From: the human T2T-CHM13v2.0 reference genome, Homo sapiens
Strand: one strand, 5' to 3'
Assembly: GCF_009914755.1 (NCBI RefSeq)
Contig: NC_060941.1
DNA length: 64,000 nucleotides
How positions within the stretch are numbered: the first letter of the stretch is position 1; every line of letters starts with the position of its first letter. This document shows positions 1-12,985 of the stretch, one piece after another. Under the pieces are notes generated by a model. It worked only from the letters and a program-made list of their open reading frames with translations. It did no database searches and was not told the origin of the DNA. A program made the translations under genes and the position numbers.

Positions 1-635
1 AACAGCTGGCAAGCAGGGCACCCCAAACAAAGGAGGGCGTGGTGCACGCACAGGGTGCATGGGGACCCTGCAGGCCCGAGGCAGGGGCAGGTCTAGGAAG
101 GAAGCGGTGCACACAGGCAGAGGAATCCAGGGCACTCCACAGCCAGGCGCAGGCTGGCCACCACTGGGACAAGCCACCCCGGCCCTACCTCCCACCCAGC
201 TTCTCTCCACCTAAAGGTCAGGGGCCTGGGAGAGGCACGCGGGGGCCTCCAGTCCAATCCCACCCTTGCTGAGTGATAGGTGTGGCTCTCCGACAGCGGG
301 AGAAGCATCCCTCTCCACCCACCCCAGCACTGGGGTCAGGAGGGAGGAGAGAGGGTGCCCCCACCCCTCCATTCCTGCAGGTTCTTGGCCACATGTGCCG
401 ATTTCATTTTGCTCGCTGGATTGCAAAGGCCCTCATGAGCGACTGAGAGCTGCCACTTCGATTTGCGAATCTCGCTGAGAAAAACGTGACATGCACGTTT
501 CCACTGGGCACTGGAGAAAGAGCCAGGGGACTTGGGCAAGACAAAAATAAAACCAGTCAGAGTGGTGAACACGGGCAGGACGTCCACATTGCTCCTCTCT
601 CCTCTGCAGACCCTAGTGGGCCAGTGGGGCCCTGG

Positions 636-1007
636 CCTCCTCCTCCTTCCCTCCCCTTCCTCCTCCCCCTCCTCCTCCCCTCTTCCTCCACCTCCTTCTC
701 CCCCTACCTCCTCCTCCTCTTCTTCTTCCTCCCTCTCATCCTCCCCCTCCTCCTCCCCTCTTCCTCCTCCTCCCCTCCTCTCTCTTCCTCCTCCCTCTGC
801 TCCTCCTCTCCCCCTCTTCCTCCACCTCCCCTTCCTCCCACTCCTCCTCCACCCCTCCCCCTCTTCTTCCTCCTCCTACTCCTCCTCTGCCTCTTCCTCT
901 TCCCCCCTCCTCCTCCCTCTCCTCCTCCTTCCTCCCCTTCCTCCCCCTCCCCCTTCTCCTCCCTCTACCTCTTCCTCCTCCCCCCTCCTCCCCCCCACCT
1001 CCTCCTC
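636..1007. repeat. Degenerate (CCT)n polypyrimidine tract
   Basis: About 370 nt of almost only C and T. Confidence 0.95.
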
Positions 1008-1914
1008 GTACCCCAGGCAGCCCCTTCAGGTCTCAATCCCGTCAAGCTCAGACCTGGGACCCACATAGACCCGGGTCAGGTGCCAGCCCCTCTGCAAGAC
1101 CCTTGTTGGGCCCCTGGGCCTCTCGGGTCCTTGCTGTCAAATGGGAGCACTAGTTGTCATGGTGACAACTCCAGCAGTGCCCTGGGGACTGGAGCGCATA
1201 CCAGGTGGCCCAGCCTAAATGGATGGCTCTGAAAAGTTCTCTGGGCACAAGGGGTCCCGGGCTCCTCCTGGGAGAACACGAGGCCCTCCCTCCTGGCCTT
1301 CCAGACTCAACGGAGCTTCTCCAGGCTGCAGGGACAACAGGCAGAAACTTCTCCGAAGCCAAGAGCCTGGGGCAGAAGTGAGCAGCAGCCAGTGGCACCT
1401 GCAGAGCCGGGGCACCCGCAGGGTTCCCAAGAGAGCCTGGAAGATCTCAGCAAAGGCAGGAGCAGGAGAGACGTCGAGGGCGGATGAGGAGTGGACACGG
1501 TGGTGGTGAGAGGGGTCAGGAGGAGGAAGGCCAAGGCTGTCCACAGGGATGGGGCCAGCATCTTTCCATGCCCACAGCAGCCATGCCAGATGGGACCCCA
1601 GCCACAAGCCCGGGAAGGCCAGACGGGAAGCCCTACAACGGGAGGGCCAGGATGTGCCCGAGGGAGGGGCTCAGAGGCACCCCAGGGAGAAAGCAGAGTG
1701 GCTGGGCTCTCTGTGCCTGTTTCTCCACACACAAAAGGGGCGCAGGTTTGCAGCGCTGCAGGAGTGGGGGGTAGGAGGTGGCGTGGAGTCAGCCCAAGAG
1801 GCGTGAGCCTCGTAACAAGCAAGCAGTGCAGCTGTGGTGGTTGTTTCTGAGAATGCGTGGATCACAAAAAGGAGGCAGATGGTAAAAGTTAAAATGTAAA
1901 ACAGGTGTGCAAAG

Positions 1915-2022
1915 CCAGGCATGGGGGCACAGCTACTTGGGAGGACCACTTGAGCCCAGGAGTTTGAGGCCAGCCTTGGCAACGTAGTGAGACCCTGTCT
2001 CCAGTAATTAAAATAAAATAAA
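1915..2022 (+). mobile_element. FLAM/Alu fragment
   Basis: gagcccaggagtttgaggccagcc plus A-rich tail. Confidence 0.8.
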
Positions 2023-2029
2023 CAGGTGT

Positions 2030-2900
2030 TCAAATACAAGCTTGTGCTCGCGCGTTCACGGCGGCGCAATTCGTGGTGGCCAAAGGGTGGAAACAACTCA
2101 AATGTCCATCAAGGAAGAAAGGATCAATAAAATGTGGTCAGCGCAGACAGTGGAATATCACGCAGCTAGACAGAGGAGTGAAGCCTGACTCATGTCACCA
2201 CACGGAAGATGCCAGAAAACATTTGCCCGATGAAAGAATCCAGATGCAAAAGGTGCATATTGTATGATTCCACTGATACACAATGTCCAGGATAGGCAGA
2301 CCCACAGAGACAGAGAGCAAATGGGTGGGTGCCGGGGATGCAGACTGACCACTAATGGGTATGGGGTTTCCTTTGGGGTGATGGGAATGTTCTGGAACTA
2401 CATAAAGGTGGTTGTATAAGGCCGTTCTTGCATTGCTATAAACAACCACCTGAGACTGGGTGATTTATAAAGAAAAGAGGTTTCATTGGCTCACAGTTCT
2501 GTAGGCTATGCAGGAAGCATGGCTGGGGAGGCCTCAGGAAACTTACGGTCATGGCAGCAGGTGAAGAGGAACCAGGCACATCCCACATAGCTGGAGCAAG
2601 AGGGCGAGAGGGAGGAGGGGCTATGGGAGCGACACACTTTTAAACAACCAGGTCTCGTGAGAACTCACTCACTATCACGAGAACAGCAAGGAGGAAATCG
2701 GCCTCCATGATCCAATCACCTCCTCCAGGCCCCTCCTCCAACCCTAGGGGTTACAGTTCAACGTGAGATTTGAGTGGGGACATAAATCCAAACTGTACCA
2801 GTGGTGGCTGCACGATACTGCATACGTGCTAAAAGCCACTGAATTGTTCACTGTAAAATGGTTAATTTTATATTATGGGAATTTCACCTGGATAAAATAA
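2030..2900 (+). mobile_element. L1M(B)-type 3' fragment interrupted by the MST LTR
   Basis: ggtggaaacaactcaaatgtccatc...; ggggtgatgggaatgttctggaacta; continues collinearly after the LTR. Confidence 0.8.
2413..2800 (-). mobile_element. MST-type MaLR solo LTR
   Basis: TG...CA ends, typical MST sequence, 5-bp TSD GTGGT (2408-2412 and 2801-2805). Confidence 0.9.
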
Positions 2901-2931
2901 AATTTTAAAAATAAAGTTAAAACAACAGCAA

Positions 2932-3255
2932 TGGCTGGGCACGGTGGCTCACACCTGTAATCCCAGCACTTTGGGAGGCTGAGGCAGATGTGTCACTTGA
3001 GCTCAGGAGCTTGAGACCAGCCTGGGCAACATGGCAAAATCCTGTCTCTACAAAAACATACAAAAATTAGGCGGGTGTGGTGGCGCACCTGTGGTCCCAG
3101 CTACTGGGGAGGCTGAGGTGGGAGGAACACTGAGGCTGGAAGGTTGAGGCTGTGGTGAGCTGGGATCGTGCCGCCGCACTCCAGCCTGGGTGATGAAGCA
3201 AGACCCTGTCTCAAAAATAGCAATAATAATAACAATAATAATAATAACAATAATG
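2932..3255 (+). mobile_element. AluJ with (AAT)n tail
   Basis: Full dimeric Alu. Confidence 0.92.
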
Positions 3256-4980
3256 GCAGCGAGCACTCCGGAGGCGCTCACTCTGAGCTGAAGAGGGTTC
3301 TGAGGGCTTTGACCCAGTGAATTGCTGCAGGACCCTATGAGGTGGGAACTTCTCTGTTGCCTTTTCCCAGCTGAAGGAACCGAAGCTCAGACACGGTGAG
3401 TGACTTACCCAAGGTCACCCAGCCACTAAGAGGCCAAGGGGACAAGAGAACTGAGTGTAAGGAGGAAATCAGGAAGAGACTGACAGGAAGTGAGCAGGGG
3501 ACAGTGCGCAGCTGTCCTCGTGATGGGCCCAGCCTTGAAGGCAGCGTTCCGGCTCCCAGAGCTGGCAGCAGGAAGACATTGCTGGAGGGAGCAAGAGGTG
3601 GGGCGGGCAGGAGGGCCACCTGAGCCCTGAGCCCTGAGCCCTCAGCGGGCTCCTTGGAGAGTGACCTGGACCTTAACATTGACCCTGGCACCCCGCCTGC
3701 TGTTCCCCATGACGCCCCACGCCCCCACCCTGCGTCTGCTCCTGTGACTTGAGGAAACGGACCGACCTCCTTTAAAGGAGGGGTTCCTGAGCCTGGGGAG
3801 CGTGACTTCCGAGCCTGTCCGAAAACACCAAACGCCAAAGACACCGAAGCTGTTCCACAGAAGCCGCAGCCGATCGAAAGCCATTGCTGCACGGGATTTT
3901 CTTTGGAATTGGTTTTTGGTTCAGGTATTTTTTGGATTAGCATCATCAACACTAGAACTCAACATGAGAAATCCTCCTGGCACCCTCAGACCCCCAGGAT
4001 CCACCCGCAGCGCCCCACCCCTCGGGGGTCTAAGGACGGGGCCACGGGAGGTGCTCCCCACGCCTTAGCTAGACGCAAGGCCCTCCCGCAGGCTCCCGCA
4101 AGCCCATCAGGGCTGGGCGTTTCCCACCCCTTCCCACCCCACCCATCCACCTTCCGTCCAAGCAGGAGTGCAGCCTGCTTGGGCTCAGCGTCCCCTCTTC
4201 TGAGAAGCAGCCCGGCCCCATCCTGAGCGCCCCTGGGCCCACAATCCCTCCTCACGTGTGTGGGGCTGGCCGTTGATGTCGCCTGGGCTGGGGGTGCACC
4301 TGCAGCGCAAACACGTGACTAAGCATCTTCCTGTCCCGGGCCCTATCAGCGTTGGGCCCCAGGCAGCCCCTCCAGGGGCTACAGTCACCCACCCACCTAC
4401 AAAGCCCCTCATCTGCAGCGGTGGCTTCATTCCCGGGACGCGCCCCAGGCTCTGCTCAGTCATGGCCCCCAGACCCTCAGGAGCCCCCGAAACATGATGA
4501 CCTCCAGCCACGTGCCAGCTGCCAGGAGGAGGCTTCAAGACCCCAGATGAGCACCCGGCTGGCCATGCCCCAGGGACAGAGGACCCAGTGTGACAGAATC
4601 CGGCCTGGGCCACAGCCACCCACACAGTCCATCCCAGTTCAGCCCGAGGTGGACAAGAAAAGTCCCACCAGGGACTGGAGCAGATGGGGCGGGCTCCGGA
4701 CCCCTGCCTGGTCCACCATCTGTCTTGCCAGTCGGTCCGTCTACCCAGGCAGCCCCTCCTCCCGGCCCACCATCTGCCCGGCCCTGCTAGGCCCTCCTCC
4801 TGGCTCCTCCAGGGCCCTCAGGAGGAGACAGAGCTGGAGCCAGGGCCCAGACCTCCACTGCCTTGGGCCCGCCCCATCTGGCACCTCCAGAAGAAGGGGG
4901 CGGCAAGAGCTTGGCCAGGGCAGGGGCACTCCAGGGCAGCCGAAGGCCCTTGCCAGCTGTCTCATGATGAGATGAGCAGA

Positions 4981-5054
4981 GGGAGGGGGAGGGGAGGAAG
5001 GGAGAGGCTCTGGGAAGACAAGGGCCCCTCCGCTCCTCCTCCCTTCTTCCTCCC
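4981..5054 (-). ncRNA. MIR4739: microRNA precursor mir-4739 (mature 5021-5045, AAGGGAGGAGGAGCGGAGGGGCCCU)
   Basis: The reverse complement is a 74-nt hairpin with one purine arm and one pyrimidine arm. It contains the sequence I recognise as miR-4739, and its position about 24 kb upstream of ENPP7 fits. Confidence 0.85.
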
Positions 5055-6747
5055 CTGCCCACGTGGCCTGGGCGGGAGGGACACGCCGATGGGAACATCC
5101 CAGCTGGTCCAGGCCTCTGCTCCCCCCAGCTCCTCCTCCCTGGCGGGCAGCTCTTCTGGGCTCCTGAGGTGCTGCGCAGCCCCTTCCCTGGCCCTGGGAC
5201 CCCCAGTGCCTGAGATGAAAGAGGAGTTGCTTCCATGGACGGTCCCAGTGCAAGCTGGGGGGCGCTGGCCTCAGGACACCAGGCATCCAAGACATAGGGA
5301 CACCAGAAGCCCCGGCTCTGCCTCTGAGGTCCAGCAGCCCCAAAGCCCCTGCTCAGAAGCCAGCGATGGGAGGGCAGGGCCTGCCTGTGGGACCCATCAT
5401 GGGCGCAGCAATCGCCAGGCCCTGGGCAGACAGCAGCACAGCCTGTGAGTCCAGGGCTGGGGTAAGTCGGCAAGTGCACCCCCGGAGGTGGAATGACAGG
5501 AGCTCCTGTGGAGGACGCAGGCGACCCCCGCCCCTCACTCCACTGTGAGGCCTGAGGATGTACAGGGGCAGCTCTCCCTGGCTTATGAAACGCCCCCACC
5601 CTGCTGCCCCTCTGGGTCCTCCTCACCCTGTGGCCTGCAGGGTCAGGAGCATGACTTTGGTGTCAGGAGAGAGGCTGGCTCCTGCCTGTGGCGGGTGTTG
5701 GGGGAGGAGTGGGGTTCATTATAAATTACGCTCCCCTCGAACCCGGCTGTTAGGTGAGGGCAGGGCTGGGATTCACCCTGCTCTCTGCAGGGGAGGGTCA
5801 GCCCCCAGGTGCTCCTGGGTGGGTCTCCACGGCAGGCCAAAAGGGCAGGCCCTGGGCATGTCCACCCCCTGTCTCTGGTCCCACAGCCCCCTACTTGCCA
5901 CCTGCCCTGAGCAGCCCCCAGGAGAGCACCCGCAGGGAGGATGCTGAGGTGCTGGAGGGCAGGAGTCCCAGCTGAGGCTGTGACCCCAGCTGTGCTCCCC
6001 GTTCCCTCTTAGGACCAGCAAAGACCCAAGGACAGGCGGCCAATCAGGGCCCGGTGTTTACCCCTCCTCCCCCACCCCCATCACGGGCCTCCCGCAGGAC
6101 CCCCAGGAAGAGCAGCTTCCATTGACCAAGGTCGGGGGACGCCCTCCCGCTGACACTCACTCTCCACGGATCCTGGAGCCCACGAGTCCCCTCCCCACCT
6201 CCACTGCACTGGGCCCCCCGCAGGCCCTGGTGGGGGTGGCCACGGATAACCACACAAACATGCATTTTCCTTGTAGGAGCAGGCAGGTGACAACCAGTGT
6301 CCTACTTTCCTGCATTAAAACACCCAAATCAACAGGACGGAGAAGGCCCGGAAGAGGGGACCTGAGGGAGCCAGCCGGGCGCTCAGCCTGCTTCGCTGGG
6401 ATGCTTGTCGAGGTCGGGACGGCACCACCAAACTCACCTCTGTGCGCCCTGCGGGGCCCAGGAGACTCGGTCCTCCCTGGGCTCCCCCAGGCCTGGGGTG
6501 GACGTTGGAATAAAGTGGGGACAACACGATGAGAGACCCCAGCCCTGGAGGTGCCCTCGGCCAAAGCCCGAGATCAAAGCTGGGAGATTCGTGGCTGGAC
6601 AGCACCACCTGGTGGACACGTTGGAGATTACCAAAGCCGAACAGTCAATTCGTTCTTGGTTCTGGGATTTTCTTAATTGGGTCTTAGCTGGGCCTTCCTT
6701 TCTCTTTCCCCAGTAGCAGGGGCTTTGTGACTATCAGAAACACCTGC

Positions 6748-7310
<563 letters not shown>

Positions 7311-7387
7311 TCAGAGAGCCCAATCCAGGCACTTCAAACAAGGCAGGGAAATCAATGGCCCTGAAGAAAGTTTCTCTTCGACAAGCT

Positions 7388-8080
7388 CCTCCCTCCCTGA
7401 CACTGGCATTCTGGCATTCACCCATCAGCCCCTCCGTCCCTGACGCTGGCACCCTGGCATTCACCCACCAGCCCCTCCCCTCCCTAATGCTGGCACCCTG
7501 GCATTCACCCACCAGCCCCTCCCCTCCCTGATGCTGGCACCCTGGCATTCACCCACAAGCCCCTCCGTCCCTGACGCTGGCACCCTGGCATTCACCCACC
7601 AGCCCCTCCCCTCCCTGATGCTGGCACCCTGGCATTCACTCACCAGCCCCTCCCCTCCCTGACACTGGCACCCTGGCATTCACCCACCAGCCCCTCCGTC
7701 CCTGACGCTGGCACCCTGGCATTCACCCACCAGCCCCTCCCCTCCCTGATGCTGGCACCCTGGCATTCACCCACCAGCCCCTCCCCTCCCTGATGCTGGC
7801 ACCCTGGCATTCACCCACCAGCCCCTCCCCTCCCTGACACTGGCACCCTGACATTCACCCACCAGCCCCTCCCCTCCCTGATGCTGGCACCCTGGCATTC
7901 ACCCACCAGCCCCTCCCCTCCCTGACGCTGGCACCCTGGCATTCACCCACCAGCCCCTCCGTCCCTGACACTGGCACCCTGGCATTCACCCACCAGCCCC
8001 TCCGTCCCTGACACTGGCACCCTAGCATTCACCCACCAGCCCCTCCCCTCCCTGACACTGGCACCCTGGCATTCACCCAC
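7388..8080. repeat. Minisatellite, 43/44-bp unit, about 16 copies
   Basis: Unit GCCCCTCCCCTCCCTGAYRCTGGCACCCTGGCATTCACCCACCA; 43-bp variant has CCGTCCC. Confidence 0.97.
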
Positions 8081-8476
8081 TGTCTGGGGCAACTACCCTT
8101 TCCTCCCACCACTGATGGGACGGCACCCTGGCACCCTGGCCTACCAGTTTTGAGGGGAAAAAAATTAGAAATCCTTGGCCAAAGAGGGGACAAATTGAGC
8201 CTAAAATCAAGCCTTGGTGTCTCACTTTTTAAATCTACTTTTACCTTTTGTGTATTGGTTGTGTGATTTTTTGTGTACTCATTGTGTATGATTGCTGAAT
8301 ACACAATGAATACACAAAAGCTATAAATAGATTTAAAGAGAGAAAGCAAACCAAAACCCATCGGTAATCCACTGGAAAAACAAGCCTCCAACTCTATTCA
8401 GAACATTGTCAATTAAAAGAAAAGAATTAAGAATTTCCCTTTTAAACTATATTTCAGGATAACTCAATAACTCTAG

Positions 8477-9101
<625 letters not shown>

Positions 9102-9251
9102 TTTTTTGTCGTTGTTGTTTTTAACAGAACAATTTCAGCTACTCATTGTGAAGGAGATGAGATCATGAGAGAAACCGTGATTTTGCCACCTCTCATGACA
9201 TAAGTATTTCTCGCAAGGGTCATGGATGAGATCAGTAATGACAAAACTAGG

Positions 9252-9474
9252 GCATCACAGGGTGGATCCGGGCTATGACCACCTGGACCCACGGGGCACA
9301 CTTAGCATCACAGGGTGGGCCCAGGCTGTGGCCACCTGGACCCACGGGGCACACTTAGCATCTCAGGGTGGGCCCGGGCGATGGCCACCTGGACCCACGG
9401 GGCACACTTAGCATCAGAGGGTGGGTCCGGGCGATGGCCACCTGGACCCACAGGGCACACTTAGCATTACAGGT
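9252..9474. repeat. Minisatellite, 53-bp unit, about 4.2 copies
   Basis: GGACCCAC recurs at 9285, 9338, 9391, 9444. Confidence 0.95.
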
Positions 9475-10122
9475 GCTTCCATGTGGCTCTCACAGCTCTG
9501 CCCACGAAGGCTTCTGGCAAAGAAAGATGAGCCTGAATCTAAGGGCGTTTCTGCGGCACAGCTTCCATTTGCAGGAGACACGGGGCGAGGCGACACCACA
9601 GAGAGGCAAACAGCAGCGCGATAGGCCACACATTTGCAGGACAGCTGATCTGGTTTCTGCAACAAATCACAAGTGGTGGGAGGAGCAATGGGGGTCGGGG
9701 GCGGCGCCTGATCTAGAGTAAGAGAGGTTCAAGAGGCGCCACCACAAAACTTAAACTTTGGGCCTTGTTAGGAACCTGTGTGTTCCATCTGATGGACGTA
9801 AGCAAACAATCAGGGGAATGTGATTCTGGATGGGGCCTGAGCGGGTGCCAAGGAATGACTGTTAATTTGAACATTGCCCTAAGGGAACCGCAAGTGTGTT
9901 CCAGAGTTTCCCGTACTTGGCGCCTTGCAACCTGAAGTTCATAGGAAGAAAATTTCAGAACGTTTTTGCTACAGGATGGAAAGTGCTTCAGCCACAGGGG
10001 AAAAGCAAAGAGAAAGACAACAGCAATGCATGAAACAAGTGTGGCGATTATCGATAAAGTATGTGTGGTGATCACTGATCACGTGTGTGAGTTTATTTGA
10101 AAACTTACATTAAAAAATTTTG

Positions 10123-10764
<642 letters not shown>

Positions 10765-11084
10765 TTACAGACATGATCAGGCATCATGGAAATCTTATTG
10801 CAGAAGTTGCTTGCCCTTCACCCCTGAGCCTCACCTCTCTGTTTCAGGGGATCCGAGTTTAGGGAAGGAAAGTCGAGGGGGCCATTGCTTCTCCCTTGTG
10901 GCTGCTGCGCCCACAGCCATGGGCCCCTCACGCTGGGGCTGGGTGCCTGAGCAGAGTCCCTGTGCAGCCCCCACCAAGCTCCAGCATCCTGGACACCTCA
11001 CGCCAGCCCTCCTGGACTTTGTGCTGGGGATGAGGTCAATATGACAGCCCCCCTGAGGTCTGGTCGCTCCCGCACACCCTCCAC

Positions 11085-11670
11085 AGTGGGCAGAATGGTG
11101 CCCCCCAAAAGGCCCACATCCTAATCCCGGGACTGTGAATGGGTGACTTTTCATGGCAAAAGGGACATTGCCAGTGTGACCGAGGGTCCTGCGATGGGAG
11201 ACTCCCCAGGATCATGCAGGTGAACCCAATGGCATTACAAGGGCCCCTGTGAGAGAGAGGCGGGGGTCAGAGCAGACGTGGCTCGAAAGCAGAGGGTGTG
11301 GTGACGCCCCAGCCTGGGACTGAGGCCCAGAACGCGGTGGCCTTCAGAAGCCGGGAAAGGCCAGGAGACGGATCTGCCCCCAGCCTCCAGAAGAAGCCAG
11401 CCCTGCTGACACCCTGGCTTTAGCCCAGCGCGGCCCCATGGGACTTCTGACCCCCAGAACTCTAAAATAATAAATTGGCATTGTTTTGATCCTTCTGTGG
11501 CTGATATGTGTGATGAGGGGGTTTTCACACTCTTGCGTGGGACGTGAAACGTCTTTAGAACAGTGGCACGTTACCTGTCTTACATGGGGAAAAAAGAGGA
11601 AAAATAAATACATTTGCATTGTTTTAAACCGCTAAGTTTGTGGTCACGTGTAACAGCAGAAACAGCAAAC
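11085..11670 (+). mobile_element. MLT1-type MaLR LTR
   Basis: cacatcctaatccc...atggcaaaagggac...; gacttctgacccccagaactctaa; ttgttttaaaccgctaagtttgtggt. Confidence 0.75.
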
Positions 11671-12944
11671 GGATGTGCCCTCCGAGGCTCCCCTACATGC
11701 CTGCGAAGCTCGGGGACGCTGGGGAGGGTCACCTTGGCCATCTGGGAGCAGGTGGTACATCAGGACCCTCCCTCCCTCATCACCACCCTTCCTCCCCCTT
11801 CGCCATCCTCAATGGCACGGGAGCCAACCCACAGTGAAGCGGCCGGACAGGCAGGCTGTGCTAATTCTCTGCAAGGCAGAGCTGTTCCTCCAGCCTCAGA
11901 ATGCAGCCAGCCCCTGCACGGCAGCCTCAAGGGGACAGGACCCCCGTGCTCTCTCCTCTCCTCTTTCCCCTGGCCCCGGCCCTGCCTCTCTGCTCCCTGC
12001 CCCCCAGCCCCACTGCCTTGGGCCTCCCTTGAGCTCCCAGGACAGGTCAGCAAATTGCTATGTGTGCATATTTTCTAGGGAGAGTCCACAACCATGGTCA
12101 GAGTCCCCGAGTCCAAAAAGAGACAGAGACATGGCCTCAAGTGGCTCCTTGGGCCCCAGGTTCTGAGCTGGAATTGGATTCCCTGAGCCAGCTCTTAGTC
12201 CACGGTGACAGGCATCTGCTGATGTAGCCTCCTCTTATCTTCCCCAGAAACCAGATTAGACGCGGCCAGCAAAAAGAATATTCTCAGCTGGCAAAACGCT
12301 TTCACCGGCCACCAAAGGCCCCCCGTCCCTCCAGCCCATGGAGGGCACAGTGCTCTCTCATCCAGATGGGCTCCGGGCCCTGTGCCCCACATCCCGGGAG
12401 TGAGCCTAGGCCCTGCGCTGCGTTCATCGTTTGGGAGCGTTGTGGGGTGTAGGTTTCCACCCACATCCAGACCCTTGAGTCCTCAGGAGCAAGGACTGGC
12501 CTCTCTGGTTTCCCTTCAGCAGGTGCTGAATCAATGCCCGGGAACCGAGGCGACCCATGAGGTGACAGAGGCTGAGCTGGAGAAGGCTCACCTGAGACCT
12601 GCACAGATTCAGGCGTTATCGCCGCCAAGGCCCAGCAAAGGAAGCGAGGCTGCCGTGGACACAACTCATGGCTCAAACTGGGGCGGCCCGAATGTTCCTT
12701 CGTGGGGCTCCGGGGCTGGTAGAGGGGGGTCTATGCTCTTCCCCCGATCTTTTGGCAGGTCCTGGCTCACCGGGGCTCAGCCCCACCCTCCAACGCACCA
12801 GGTGTCACAGGGCACCTGCTCAGTGGAGCCTGTTGCTGTCCAGAGACTGAAGGTGGTGATGATGAGGCCAACACCGATGGCCTTGGGACCAACATCAAGG
12901 TGTTTTCCTACCCAAGGACTGCACCAGAGGGACACCCCTCCCCG

Positions 12945-12946
<2 letters not shown>

Positions 12947-12983
<37 letters not shown>
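12947..12983. repeat. (CA)n microsatellite
   Basis: Pure CA run. Confidence 0.95.

Positions 12984-12985
<2 letters not shown>

Noticed and set aside
486-1232. 248-aa and 178-aa Pro/Ser/Leu-rich ORFs
   Set aside because: Translations of the (CCT)n tract, which cannot contain stop codons.
4352-5626. Overlapping 200-280-aa ORFs on both strands
   Set aside because: Expected at this GC content; no domain or consistent exon structure.
7388-8080. CRISPR-like appearance of the tandem arrays (also 9252-9474 and 36228-36587)
   Set aside because: Head-to-tail units without unique spacers, no cas genes, and primate DNA.
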